Positions 9,448 to 18,485 of a stretch of 64,000 nucleotides of DNA are shown in pieces (position 1 is the first letter of the stretch; each line of letters opens with the position of its first letter). The notes beneath the pieces are model-generated. The model worked only from the letters and a program-made list of their open reading frames with translations, ran no database searches and was not told the DNA's origin. The translations under genes and the position numbers were made by a program. The DNA is from Candidatus Dadabacteria bacterium (GTDB lineage: Bacteria; Desulfobacterota_D; UBA1144; Nemesobacterales; CSP1-2). Location of the stretch: positions 64,001-128,000 of the forward strand of contig CAWDVW010000005.1 in assembly GCA_963805855.1 (NCBI GenBank), in the 5' to 3' direction.

Positions 9448-10716
9448 CTATATCTCCAGTTTCTTGCCTTTCGTCTCCGGGAATGTCCAGATCCATGCAC
9501 CAGTGAGCAGAGCAAAGAGAGCAGCAAGAGATATACCGCCTCCGAGTCCATATTTCTCGGCAATCACGGCTATAATCACCGGAGTGAAAAACTGCACTCC
9601 TCGGGCTAAGTTGAAGGCTGACCCCATTGCCGTATTCCTGATTGCCGTCGGGAATACTTCAGAGAAGAGAGGACCATAGCCCCCAAACATCCCTGTCCCG
9701 AATCCAACCAGGAACATAAAAGCCAGGATAATAGGTGGGTAGAGTGCGATCGCATACCACAACAAAGTAATCATTATAAGCCCCACTGCCATAATACAAG
9801 AATAAACCGTATAGGCGGGTCTCCTGCCAAACCTGTCGGCGACGAAGCCAAACGTGAAGTAACCAAGAAAACCACCCAGTTGAGTCACCAGCATCCAAGC
9901 AGCTGATTTGGCAATAGAAAATTGCCTCTGCTGATGGAGGTAGCCGGGGAGCCAGGAGTAGGTAAACCAATATGCCGACATATCAAATATTGCCAGGACA
10001 AGGGACAGAATAAACATTTTTCTGTGCGCTCTCGAGAATAGAATGGAAAATTTACCACGCTCCTCATTCGCAGCCGAACCCTTCGGTAGAACTCCCTCGT
10101 CAATCAATCTCTTCCTCCTCAACCAGATGTCCGACTCAGGCAATCTTTTCCTGACAATGATTACAAGTAAAGCGGGCAACACGGAAATAAAAAAACAAAT
10201 TCTCCAACCAATAACGGGCTCAACAAATCCACCAACAATTGATGCTAGGGCAATGCCAATTGGAGCGCCCGTCTGCATAAATGCCCCGTATCTGCCCCGC
10301 ACTTTTGGGGGGAATGTCTCTCCGACATAGGTCTGCCCTGTGGCCCATTCACCTCCGACACCCAATCCGGTAATAATTCGAAATACCATCAGGAGCTCAA
10401 GGTTCGAAGCAAGTCCGCTCAAGAAAGTCCCAATACTGTATGTTAAAATCGTCCATTGAAGCACACTCCTCCGGCCATAGCGATCCGATAGGAATCCAAA
10501 GATAACGCCCCCAACCGCGGTTGCCGCCAAAGACGCACCTAGAACATACGAAAGCGTCAAATTGGAGAAATGCATTTCCTTTCCTATGGGGATGAGAAGA
10601 AAGGTAAAAAGGATTAGATCATAGAAATCAAAAATCCATCCCGCCCAACTTAGTAGAAGGATTGAATAGTGCTGGCCTGTAGGCTTCTCATATTCGTTTA
10701 GTAATATCTTTTCCAT
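9448..10716 (-). CDS. MFS transporter (aromatic acid/sialate-type organic anion symporter)
   Basis: GWIFDFYD, SDRYGRR, GLGVGGEW, ETFPPKVRG, DRFGRR and FPETKGK motifs. Confidence 0.9.
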   Translation of the reverse strand: MEKILLNEYEKPTGQHYSILLLSWAGWIFDFYDLILFTFLLIPIGKEMHFSNLTLSYVLGASLAATAVGGVIFGFLSDRYGRRSVLQWTILTYSIGTFLSGLASNLELLMVFRIITGLGVGGEWATGQTYVGETFPPKVRGRYGAFMQTGAPIGIALASIVGGFVEPVIGWRICFFISVLPALLVIIVRKRLPESDIWLRRKRLIDEGVLPKGSAANEERGKFSILFSRAHRKMFILSLVLAIFDMSAYWFTYSWLPGYLHQQRQFSIAKSAAWMLVTQLGGFLGYFTFGFVADRFGRRPAYTVYSCIMAVGLIMITLLWYAIALYPPIILAFMFLVGFGTGMFGGYGPLFSEVFPTAIRNTAMGSAFNLARGVQFFTPVIIAVIAEKYGLGGGISLAALFALLTGAWIWTFPETKGKKLEI

Positions 10717-10726
10717 CTAAGAAAAT

Positions 10727-10881
10727 GGGGACAGAGTCCAATTGTTAGTGCATGAGCATAAAATCATTCCTAAATCGCAGGGTTGTGAGAGCATTAACAA
10801 ATTCGCCGCCGACAATACAATCAACGATCCCCAAAAATGAAGATATTAGAGAGCCCCCTATTAAAGAAAAAGAGTCTGTCC
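10727..10881. repeat. Element with GGGGACAGA...TCTGTCC ends related to the MITE-like ends but with a different interior
   Basis: Shared terminal motif with 916 and 9317; fills the USP-MFS intergenic space. Confidence 0.4.
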
Positions 10882-10894
10882 ATAATCTATTGAT

Positions 10895-11815
10895 CTATGG
10901 TTTCAGAGTTAATACTGCACAGGGAGATTCTTGAACTACCTTTTCTGTTACACTCCCCAAAATAAGCCGCTTAACCCCCTTTCTTCCGTGAGAATTGATT
11001 ACTATTAAGTCAACGCTTTTACTAGATGCATACTCAACTATCGCGACCGCAGGATTTAGTTTCTGAGTCATCGCCGTGCTGATTTCTAATTTTTTGACCC
11101 CTTTTTTCTGAGTCCCGCGCCTCGCCTTTATCTCCTCAATCCTTTTTTCAAGTTCCTTAGAAGAATCCTCCAACAACAGTTCCATTACACTGGAATGAAT
11201 TCCATAGTCAGAATAGTCGTAGATGCTTAACTTGAAAACGTACATAACTGAAATATTGGCGTCTATCCTCTCCCCTAAGTCTATCGCATAGTTGATGGCA
11301 GAGTCTACCTTTTCATCTATGTCTAGTGGAACAAGAATATTACGTATATTCACCTCACTTTTTCCATCACGCTTCCTGACCGCCAGCACGGGTATACTGG
11401 ATTCTCTTAGGACTCTAAGCGTCGTGCTTCCGACGAGCATCCTATCTATAAGCCCGAGTCCTCGTTTCCCCAAAACTATGAGGCTTGCTTTCTCATTATG
11501 GGCAAATCTAACAATCTCCTTATACGGTTCTCCTTTTAAAATTTCTCCTCGAAAATTAAGTCCCTGACCACTCAGATCATCGGCAGTTGCAGCTAATCTC
11601 GCAGCAAAATCCCCTTCAGCCTTTTTTAACCACCCGTAGTGTTCGCTTTTAGGATCTGTAACGTAGTCATATATCAGTCTTTCAGGCATTTCAATCACAT
11701 GAACACCTATTATTTCTGAGTTGAATCTTTGGGCAAAAAATCTTGCATAGTTTAGAGCCTCCTCAGATTCCTTTGAACCATCGGTAGCCCAGATTATCTT
11801 TTCCATTTCTCTCAT
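10895..11815 (-). CDS. Universal stress protein, tandem USP domains
   Basis: KIIWATDGS, GKRGLGLIDRMLVGST, ILVPLD, SHGRKGVKRLILGSVTEKVV; ORF 10895..11854, likely start at 11815 after GGAGG. Confidence 0.92.
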   Translation of the reverse strand: MREMEKIIWATDGSKESEEALNYARFFAQRFNSEIIGVHVIEMPERLIYDYVTDPKSEHYGWLKKAEGDFAARLAATADDLSGQGLNFRGEILKGEPYKEIVRFAHNEKASLIVLGKRGLGLIDRMLVGSTTLRVLRESSIPVLAVRKRDGKSEVNIRNILVPLDIDEKVDSAINYAIDLGERIDANISVMYVFKLSIYDYSDYGIHSSVMELLLEDSSKELEKRIEEIKARRGTQKKGVKKLEISTAMTQKLNPAVAIVEYASSKSVDLIVINSHGRKGVKRLILGSVTEKVVQESPCAVLTLKP

Positions 11816-12026
11816 AAGGTTCGTCCCTCCCTGATACGGCCAAACACAACTCAAAAAACGCCGCGCTTAAACACGTTACCGCAATTTAATTTACACCTCA
11901 ACTGATACATACCCGTATCAATTGCAGTTAGCAAGATCTATGGGCGTCTTGCCTTAATCTTATACTATAAACTCGATTTATAATCCGGGAGTAAGTATGA
12001 GGTTGTCAGAATTTAGTTTTCAACAA

Positions 12027-12104
12027 AAATGGTGGAGGATGGAGGACTAAAGCCCTCCTCTACAAAAAAATCAAAACAATGTAGCGGCGACCTTTAGGTC
12101 GCCA
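12027..12104. repeat. REP-like doublet (GTAG class), copy 1
   Basis: GGAGGACTAAAGCCCTCCTCTAC (12041-12063) and GTAGCGGCGACCTTTAGGTCGCC (12081-12103) in inverted orientation; direct repeat of 17788..17864. Confidence 0.7.
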
Positions 12105-12498
12105 AGAACACCTCACTCAGCCAGTCGGGGATTGTAAATGTTACGTAAGTCAGCAACAGTATCTTAGATTTTAAATGGGCATTCAAAAAATTTCCAAAAT
12201 CAATTCCGGAAGCGTTAAAAAAAGATTTGGGGTTGTGGTTGGATTAAATATTTTTAGCTGTAGGAATTGATTTAATAATTCCTAATTTTTTGTAGCCCTC
12301 GATTTTTGTTTCTTTGTATCAAGACAAAGAAAAAAAATTAAACAATGGATTCCTGATAAAAAAGTTCGAGGATGACGGAAGAGTAAACTTCCAGTAAATC
12401 TATTATTTTTTGGATTTTGTCCACGAAATATCTAACATCTACAGGGGATGACAGAATACCGGATGCCCCCAAATTTTTGAACCAAAAGCGTATCAGGT

Positions 12499-14202
12499 TC
12501 AGGGCTGGCCCAAAGAGACCTTTCTTATTGGAACTGTTTCATTCATCATCGATCTTATCTTTTCTAACCCAACGCGGTCACAGAAGTCGCCAAATCTTTC
12601 ATCATTCATTGTCATATTTTTATACAAATCCAGTAAACTACCTATTCTATCAGCCAGTACCGAATCATCGACATGCTCTTCGAAAAGCTTATTAAGTCTG
12701 GTCCCCTCATAATTCCCACCGAGATAAATATTGTATTTATGAGGCGAAGTCCCTATGATTCCGATTTCAGCGATGGGCGGTCTTGAACATGAGTTTGGAC
12801 AACCACTCATGCGCATTTTTATATCTTCCTCTCCAAAACCCCTTTTTTCTAGCTCATCTATAAGTGATGGTAAATATCTCTCAGATTCCGCAAGAGCAAG
12901 TCCACAAGTAGGGAGTGCTGGACAGGCCATAGCATTGGTCCTTAGTCTAGAATATTCACTTTCTGTTTTAATCCCGTATCTTTCTAACTTATTTTTTAAC
13001 TCTCCTATTTTCCCCGTTGGGATATTAGTCAGCACGACATCTTGCAATGGGGTGAGCCTAATTCCAGGGCTGAAATTACGGACGATTTCACGGAGACCTT
13101 TTTTCATTTTACTTTCTTTTGTGTCTTTGATTCTTCCATTTTCGACGAATATACCTACATACCAGAGACCTTGTGTGTTTTGTTCGTGCCATCCCAGATG
13201 ATTTTCTATATTGCTAAGTTTCACAGGCTTTGGGTTTGAAAGTTTACGTCCCAGCCTCGTCTCGAGCTCATTCCTGACTCTTTGAACGCCCCATTCCTCT
13301 ACTACGTACTTTAGCCTCGCGTGTTTTCTGTCTGCCCTGTCGCCATGGTCTCTTTGAAATTCGACGATCCTCGTAACTGTGTCGAGTAGTCTTTCGGGTT
13401 CAACAAACGCTATCGGATCGCCGAGGCGAGGATAGGTCTTAGCCTGCCTGTGCGTGGTTCCCAGGCCTCCGCCAACCATTATATTGAATCCCAGCAGTCT
13501 TTCATTCAAGACGGGCACAATTCCAATATCGTGTGTGTGCACATCGATGCAGTTATCATCAGGATGCCCTATGCCGATTTTGAATTTTCTTGGAAGATAG
13601 GTTTTACCATAAATGCTTTCTGCCTCATCATCATCGGTTATTCGCTCGCCATTCACCCAGATTTCGTGATAAGACTTAGATTTAAAACTTAGCTCTTCAG
13701 ATATTAGTCTCGCCCATTTCTGAGTGTCAAAGCTTGATTCCTTCCTGATATCGGAAACAGGACAAGCAACCGTATTACGGTTCCCGTCTCCACAAGCACC
13801 ATAAGTTGAAATTTTTTCTGAATTTAGAAGTTGAATTGCTCTTTTGAGATTGCTTTTACCTACTCCATGAAATTGAATGTCTTGCCTTGTCGTAATGCGG
13901 AGGGTTCCATCGGCACACTGATCAGATATTCTATTCAGGACTTCCCACTGCTCTCCCGAAAGCTCTCCGCCTGGATGCTTGGTCCTTATCATGAAAATGT
14001 ATTTCTTATCTTTACCCTCTGTCTTAAGCGCCTGCCTCAGGTCTCTATCATCTTGCTGGTATATGCCGTGGAACTTTAGAATTTGATAATCTTCATGTGA
14101 AAAATGGTCAGTTTCTTTCCTGAGTTCTTCAGCGATTGAGCCACGTAAACCATTACTGTCTTCTTTGATGACTTCGACTTTAGATTTTTGAATACCGCCC
14201 AT
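12499..14202 (-). CDS. cysI: Siroheme sulfite reductase hemoprotein (CysI/Sir family), probably ferredoxin-dependent
   Basis: LKFHGIYQQDDRD, RITTRQDIQFHG, YLPRKFK, CPALPTCGLA and GCPNSC siroheme/[4Fe-4S] ligands. Confidence 0.9.
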   Translation of the reverse strand: MGGIQKSKVEVIKEDSNGLRGSIAEELRKETDHFSHEDYQILKFHGIYQQDDRDLRQALKTEGKDKKYIFMIRTKHPGGELSGEQWEVLNRISDQCADGTLRITTRQDIQFHGVGKSNLKRAIQLLNSEKISTYGACGDGNRNTVACPVSDIRKESSFDTQKWARLISEELSFKSKSYHEIWVNGERITDDDEAESIYGKTYLPRKFKIGIGHPDDNCIDVHTHDIGIVPVLNERLLGFNIMVGGGLGTTHRQAKTYPRLGDPIAFVEPERLLDTVTRIVEFQRDHGDRADRKHARLKYVVEEWGVQRVRNELETRLGRKLSNPKPVKLSNIENHLGWHEQNTQGLWYVGIFVENGRIKDTKESKMKKGLREIVRNFSPGIRLTPLQDVVLTNIPTGKIGELKNKLERYGIKTESEYSRLRTNAMACPALPTCGLALAESERYLPSLIDELEKRGFGEEDIKMRMSGCPNSCSRPPIAEIGIIGTSPHKYNIYLGGNYEGTRLNKLFEEHVDDSVLADRIGSLLDLYKNMTMNDERFGDFCDRVGLEKIRSMMNETVPIRKVSLGQP

Positions 14203-14287
14203 TCACTTAATCTCCCTGCTTCCTTGTTATCAAAGAAATCCTCATTCCGCAAACCAAAGCACCCAAATTAAGATGCCCAGAATGTTA

Positions 14288-14584
14288 TTATTTTTCGTAA
14301 GGCGGATTACTCACTATTTTTGTATCCTCTGGTGGAGTTCTTAAATCCGGAAATGCGTTTCTATTCTTCGCAATAAAATCTCTCCATTTATCCGGTAGCT
14401 CATCTTCATGGTATATAGCGTCAACCGGACAGGGATCGACGCATGCACCGCAGTCTATGCATTCTTCCGGATGTATTAAGAGTTGATCTGCGCCCTCGAT
14501 TTCATAAATACAATCTACCGGGCACACTGCAACACATGATTTGTCTAAGGTGCCTATGCAAGGTTCTGCGATTATATAAGCCAT
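14288..14584 (-). CDS. fdxA: FdxA-type (7Fe) ferredoxin
   Basis: C-x7-CVAVCPVDC and CIDCGACVDPCP motifs. Confidence 0.88.
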   Translation of the reverse strand: MAYIIAEPCIGTLDKSCVAVCPVDCIYEIEGADQLLIHPEECIDCGACVDPCPVDAIYHEDELPDKWRDFIAKNRNAFPDLRTPPEDTKIVSNPPYEK

Positions 14585-14762
14585 GAGTAACCCCCCTAAC
14601 GAAATTTTTAATTATTATTCTCAGCCCTTTATCAAGAGATTTCCTTCCATTTCGTTTCCTATCGCCTAAATTTAAAACCTACTTACATAACATTTCTTTT
14701 GCTTAAAAGCATCTCTCCGATGGTTAAGTCTTGATATCAGCATTTTGTTCTAAACTAAATCC

Positions 14763-15914
14763 CTACCCGCGAAAACCCTCTAGCGTTTCTCTCATGCTTG
14801 ATTTTGCAAGCTTCTCTATTGCTGCTTTTTCGATCTGCCTTATGCGCTCACGAGTAATCCCAAATTCCCTTCCAAGTTCGTCTAATGTGAACGTATCATT
14901 TCGATCTAGGCCATACCTCATCCTAAGTATCTCATTTTCCCTGGGAGTAAGAAGCGTTAAAGCATCCTTTATTTTCTCTTTAAGTGTTTCCCTATCAGAT
15001 ATCGAATCCGGGGCTGGTAACACCTCATCCACCATAAAATCGAGCAGTGTATTTTGCTCCGTTGCTATTATGGGTGAGTCCAGGCTGATAACATTTTTCT
15101 CCGCATTCAAAATCCTGTGTACAAGAGTGACAGGAATTTCTAATTCCCTTGCAATTTCTTCAGGAGTTAGTTTTCTTTTCATCTCCTTTTGAAGCATTGA
15201 GCATATTTTGTATAACTTGCGCGCTTCCTCCTGCAGATATACTGGCACCTTTATTGTCCGTGTCTGATCCATAAGCGACCTCCCTGTCGCCTGGTGTATC
15301 CACCATGAAGCATATGTTGAAAATTTACAGCCCATTCTGTGGTCAAACTTATCTACAGCTCTCATCAAGCCGATATTGCCCTCCTGAATAAGATCCGGTA
15401 GCGGTAGTCCCATGCCGACGTATCTCTTCGCGATACTTACAACTAATCTTAAGTTCGCTCTCACAAACCTATCTTTAAGTCTCTTTGCTGTTGCCGAGTA
15501 TACTTTCACTAAAGCTTTGAGAATATTCTCCTTGCTTGATCGCCTTTTATCCTTTCTGATTTTATGTCGATCCCCATTTCTGGAACTATTCTCTTCTTCC
15601 CTTCTTGATAACCTATCCTGCAGTGTCTTTATTTCGTCTATCTTTGATTGGCATTTCTTTATTGTTGCTGATATCTCTATCTCATCCCTTCGAGTAAGTA
15701 GCCGTTCACTTGCCATGACTTTAAAATAAGGGTAGAGGATTCTAAACTGCTCATCTAAAGTCCTATCCACTTTATCCGGGGAACGCGGTTGTTCGAGTTC
15801 GATCCCCTGTTTGGGCTCCACCATATCTGCCATGGTATCTTCGAGGTCAGAATATGTAAAAAAGCCCTCGCCTTCCCGAACAAACCCATTAAACTCTATC
15901 TCGTTTCTCTTCAT
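14763..15914 (-). CDS. RpoD/SigA-like sigma-70 factor, divergent paralog
   Basis: [64 protein letters not shown]. Confidence 0.92.
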   Translation of the reverse strand: MKRNEIEFNGFVREGEGFFTYSDLEDTMADMVEPKQGIELEQPRSPDKVDRTLDEQFRILYPYFKVMASERLLTRRDEIEISATIKKCQSKIDEIKTLQDRLSRREEENSSRNGDRHKIRKDKRRSSKENILKALVKVYSATAKRLKDRFVRANLRLVVSIAKRYVGMGLPLPDLIQEGNIGLMRAVDKFDHRMGCKFSTYASWWIHQATGRSLMDQTRTIKVPVYLQEEARKLYKICSMLQKEMKRKLTPEEIARELEIPVTLVHRILNAEKNVISLDSPIIATEQNTLLDFMVDEVLPAPDSISDRETLKEKIKDALTLLTPRENEILRMRYGLDRNDTFTLDELGREFGITRERIRQIEKAAIEKLAKSSMRETLEGFRG

Positions 15915-15927
15915 CTTTTACTACCGT

Positions 15928-15960
15928 CCCAATTATTAGCAAGGATACCTAATAATTAGG
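15928..15960. promoter_or_regulatory. Pair of 13-bp palindromic candidate operators upstream of the sigma gene
   Basis: CCTAAT-A-ATTAGG (15948-15960) and CCCAAT-T-ATTAGC (15928-15940), 20 bp apart. Confidence 0.45.
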
Positions 15961-15998
15961 AATGCTAAATAAGTCCTCTAAATTTTTTTAGTTCATTC

Positions 15999-16631
15999 TT
16001 AACTCAGAGCCTCTTTGTAATCAGGGCACTCCATGTAAATTTCTTTTTCACTCAACAAAATATTTAGACACCTGCAGTAATGAGGTTTTTCCGATCCCGG
16101 ATACTTATTTGAGATAAAAAAACAACAAGATCTGCATACATCCATGGAAAATCCGTATCCTTTCTCTATGAGCTTCCTGGCTAATTTCATAAGAAGCTTA
16201 CCCAAAATCTCTTGTTCTTCGTGATTGAATTCCGAAATTAATTTTTCTATTTCTTTGCCAAAATTTTCAAATACGCTTATAGCCCTAATACCCTTGGGAG
16301 TCAAGCTTACCAAAACCCTTCTTTTATCATTTGATTTTCTGCTCCTGACGATAAATTTCTTGTTTTCCAGAGTATCAAGTATACCGCTTATAGTAGCGGG
16401 AGTGCATGTGAGGTGTTTTGCAAGTGTATTTACAGTAGCGGCGTCGGGTCTTATATATTTCAAGAACAAAAGTGACTGCACCTGCGTAGGCGTTAGATGT
16501 TTTGACTTGCTCTCATCCCACTGAAGGTGCTTTATAGCTTTGCCTATGGTGAACAGAGTCCGCGATATCTGAGCACTTACATTCCCCTGCCTGTATATTG
16601 GATCGAATATAGACTTATTTGATCCCGTCAT
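15999..16631 (-). CDS. MarR-family regulator with Cys-rich C-terminal extension
   Basis: LTPTQVQSLLFL...TISGILDTLENKKFIVR..DKRRVLVSLTPKG winged HTH; tail CRSCCFF...HYCRCL...ECPDY. Confidence 0.88.
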   Translation of the reverse strand: MTGSNKSIFDPIYRQGNVSAQISRTLFTIGKAIKHLQWDESKSKHLTPTQVQSLLFLKYIRPDAATVNTLAKHLTCTPATISGILDTLENKKFIVRSRKSNDKRRVLVSLTPKGIRAISVFENFGKEIEKLISEFNHEEQEILGKLLMKLARKLIEKGYGFSMDVCRSCCFFISNKYPGSEKPHYCRCLNILLSEKEIYMECPDYKEALS

Positions 16632-16652
16632 TTTGGATTCCTAAATACTTTT

Positions 16653-16681
16653 ATACTATCAAACCGCGACTAACGTGTCAA
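16653..16681 (-). promoter_or_regulatory. sigma70 promoter of marR (TTGACA-17bp-TAGTAT, extended -10)
   Basis: Minus strand TTGACA 16681-16676, 17-bp spacer, TGa-TAGTAT 16658-16653. Confidence 0.65.
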
Positions 16682-16793
16682 ACCTGGCGATATAAATTTA
16701 TCTATCTTAGGAGTAAGTGCCACTTCTCGAGAAAACCAAGGGTATTGCTTAGCTGAGGAATTACGCGCCCAAGCTAAAGGCTGCGATTCAACC

Positions 16794-17585
16794 CTACATC
16801 TTAACTGCCAGTAGAGAGATGCTTTTTACACCAAACTTCTTGCTAGCACCCCGGGCATTATCAGAGATGAATTGATACTGCGGATTATGCTGTACGGCCT
16901 CTACGCGCAGGCCCGCTGCTTCAATAGCCGCGCGGTAACTATCCTGTTGCATGGCGCCCCCGATGCAGGCCGCCCACAGTGTAGTATTGCACGTGATACC
17001 GTCCGGAAGTTGCATCTCGGTTACGATGTCCGAGATCGTAAGGCGTCCGCCAGGTTTCAGCACCCTTCGAGCCTCCTGAAAAACCTTTGCTTTGTCGGGG
17101 GCAAGATTGATCACCCCGTTGCTGATTACGGCATCGAAGCTCTCGTCTTCGCAAGGGACAGCATCTATGTAGCCCTTGAGATAGGTGATGTTATTGAATC
17201 CCGCCCGGTCACGAAGGCGCTCCGCCTTGGAGCGCTGTTCATCAGTCATGTCGACTCCTACCACTCTGCCACTCTGTCCCACCTTCAAGGCGGCAACGAA
17301 TGTGTCCATCCCCGATCCACTGCCAAGATCAACTACGCTTTCACCCTCATTCAGCTTCAATAGATGGAAATAGTAACCGACGCCGGCAAACGAATCGATC
17401 GCTTCCGACGGGATCCGGTCAAGGTCTTCTGGTGAATAGCCCAATCTTTCCGCCATGGCGCGTCCCATCTCGAAGTGGAACTCTCCATGAGGGTTTACCG
17501 CAACATCGCGGTACATGTCCTTAACCTTTTGTTCCAGTTCAGACTCATTGATTGATTTAATAACGGCATCTCTTTTTGCAGCCAT
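16794..17585 (-). CDS. SAM-dependent methyltransferase, ArsM-like
   Basis: VVDLGSGSGMD, GVDMT, FDAVISNGVINL, VLKPGGRL and WAACIGGA motifs. Confidence 0.85.
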   Translation of the reverse strand: MAAKRDAVIKSINESELEQKVKDMYRDVAVNPHGEFHFEMGRAMAERLGYSPEDLDRIPSEAIDSFAGVGYYFHLLKLNEGESVVDLGSGSGMDTFVAALKVGQSGRVVGVDMTDEQRSKAERLRDRAGFNNITYLKGYIDAVPCEDESFDAVISNGVINLAPDKAKVFQEARRVLKPGGRLTISDIVTEMQLPDGITCNTTLWAACIGGAMQQDSYRAAIEAAGLRVEAVQHNPQYQFISDNARGASKKFGVKSISLLAVKM

Positions 17586-17787
17586 ATTCCCCTCCTGTAA
17601 CTTTGATAAGAACTCCTTGTTTCTCTTCTTCCAAACCGCTAACCACTTATTATACAGATTTTCTCTTTATTATAAACCGAAACATCCCACCCACGCCAAG
17701 GACACGTCATGTATACCGGGTCCAAGATTCCTACAGTAGAGGGAATCTTCGCACCGCCACGCAGGGATAGAAAACCCCGCTAGTAGG

Positions 17788-17864
17788 AAATGATGTAGGA
17801 TGGAGGACTAAAGTCCTCCGCTACGAAGAATCATAATAATGTACCGGTGACCTTTCGGTCGCCA
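17788..17864. repeat. REP-like doublet (GTAG class), copy 2
   Basis: GGAGGACTAAAGTCCTCCGCTAC (17802-17824) and GTACCGGTGACCTTTCGGTCGCC (17841-17863). Confidence 0.7.
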
Positions 17865-18153
17865 CCCATACCCCAATGAGACATTCCGAGATGCGACATT
17901 GTCATCCTTCGACCTGGCTCAGGATGTCCGGGTTCAGGCGTTCCCGTCCATGTAACTCAAGGATAGGGATGCAGACCACGGGTCTGTCCTTAACCTTATA
18001 CTATGAACGCCATTTACAATCCGGTCATAAGAACGGGGTTTTTAGAATCTATCTTTCAAGGAGTTCAAGCAGCTATTTGCGCGACTTTTCTATCCCAAAT
18101 GGTATAAAGTTTAGCACTGACCCCAAAGACGTTTTAAAATTATGGGAGAGAAA

Positions 18154-18226
<73 letters not shown>

Positions 18227-18380
18227 AAGCAAATAATCCGAATATTTGATTATTAGCTAAATAAAACACATAAAAATAATTTGAATAATTGGGGCTAATT
18301 TTACCCAAACGGTATTTTGTTGCAAGCCAATTTAGGTCTAATTTGTAGCGATTGGATTAGATATGGGACAAAAATTACAG

Positions 18381-18433
18381 AAAAAAAAGGAGCAGGGCTA
18401 ACCTTGTAAATTATTACTAGCCGCCCTGCCCCT
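18381..18433 (-). terminator. Possible intrinsic terminator downstream of the porin gene
   Basis: AGGAGCAGGGC...GCCCTGCCCCT stem (long loop) followed by a U-run on the minus strand. Confidence 0.4.
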
Positions 18434-18485
18434 GCCCACGCAAAAGAGGTATGGAGAGATGAGTACGTGGTTTCCGTTTTTATCC

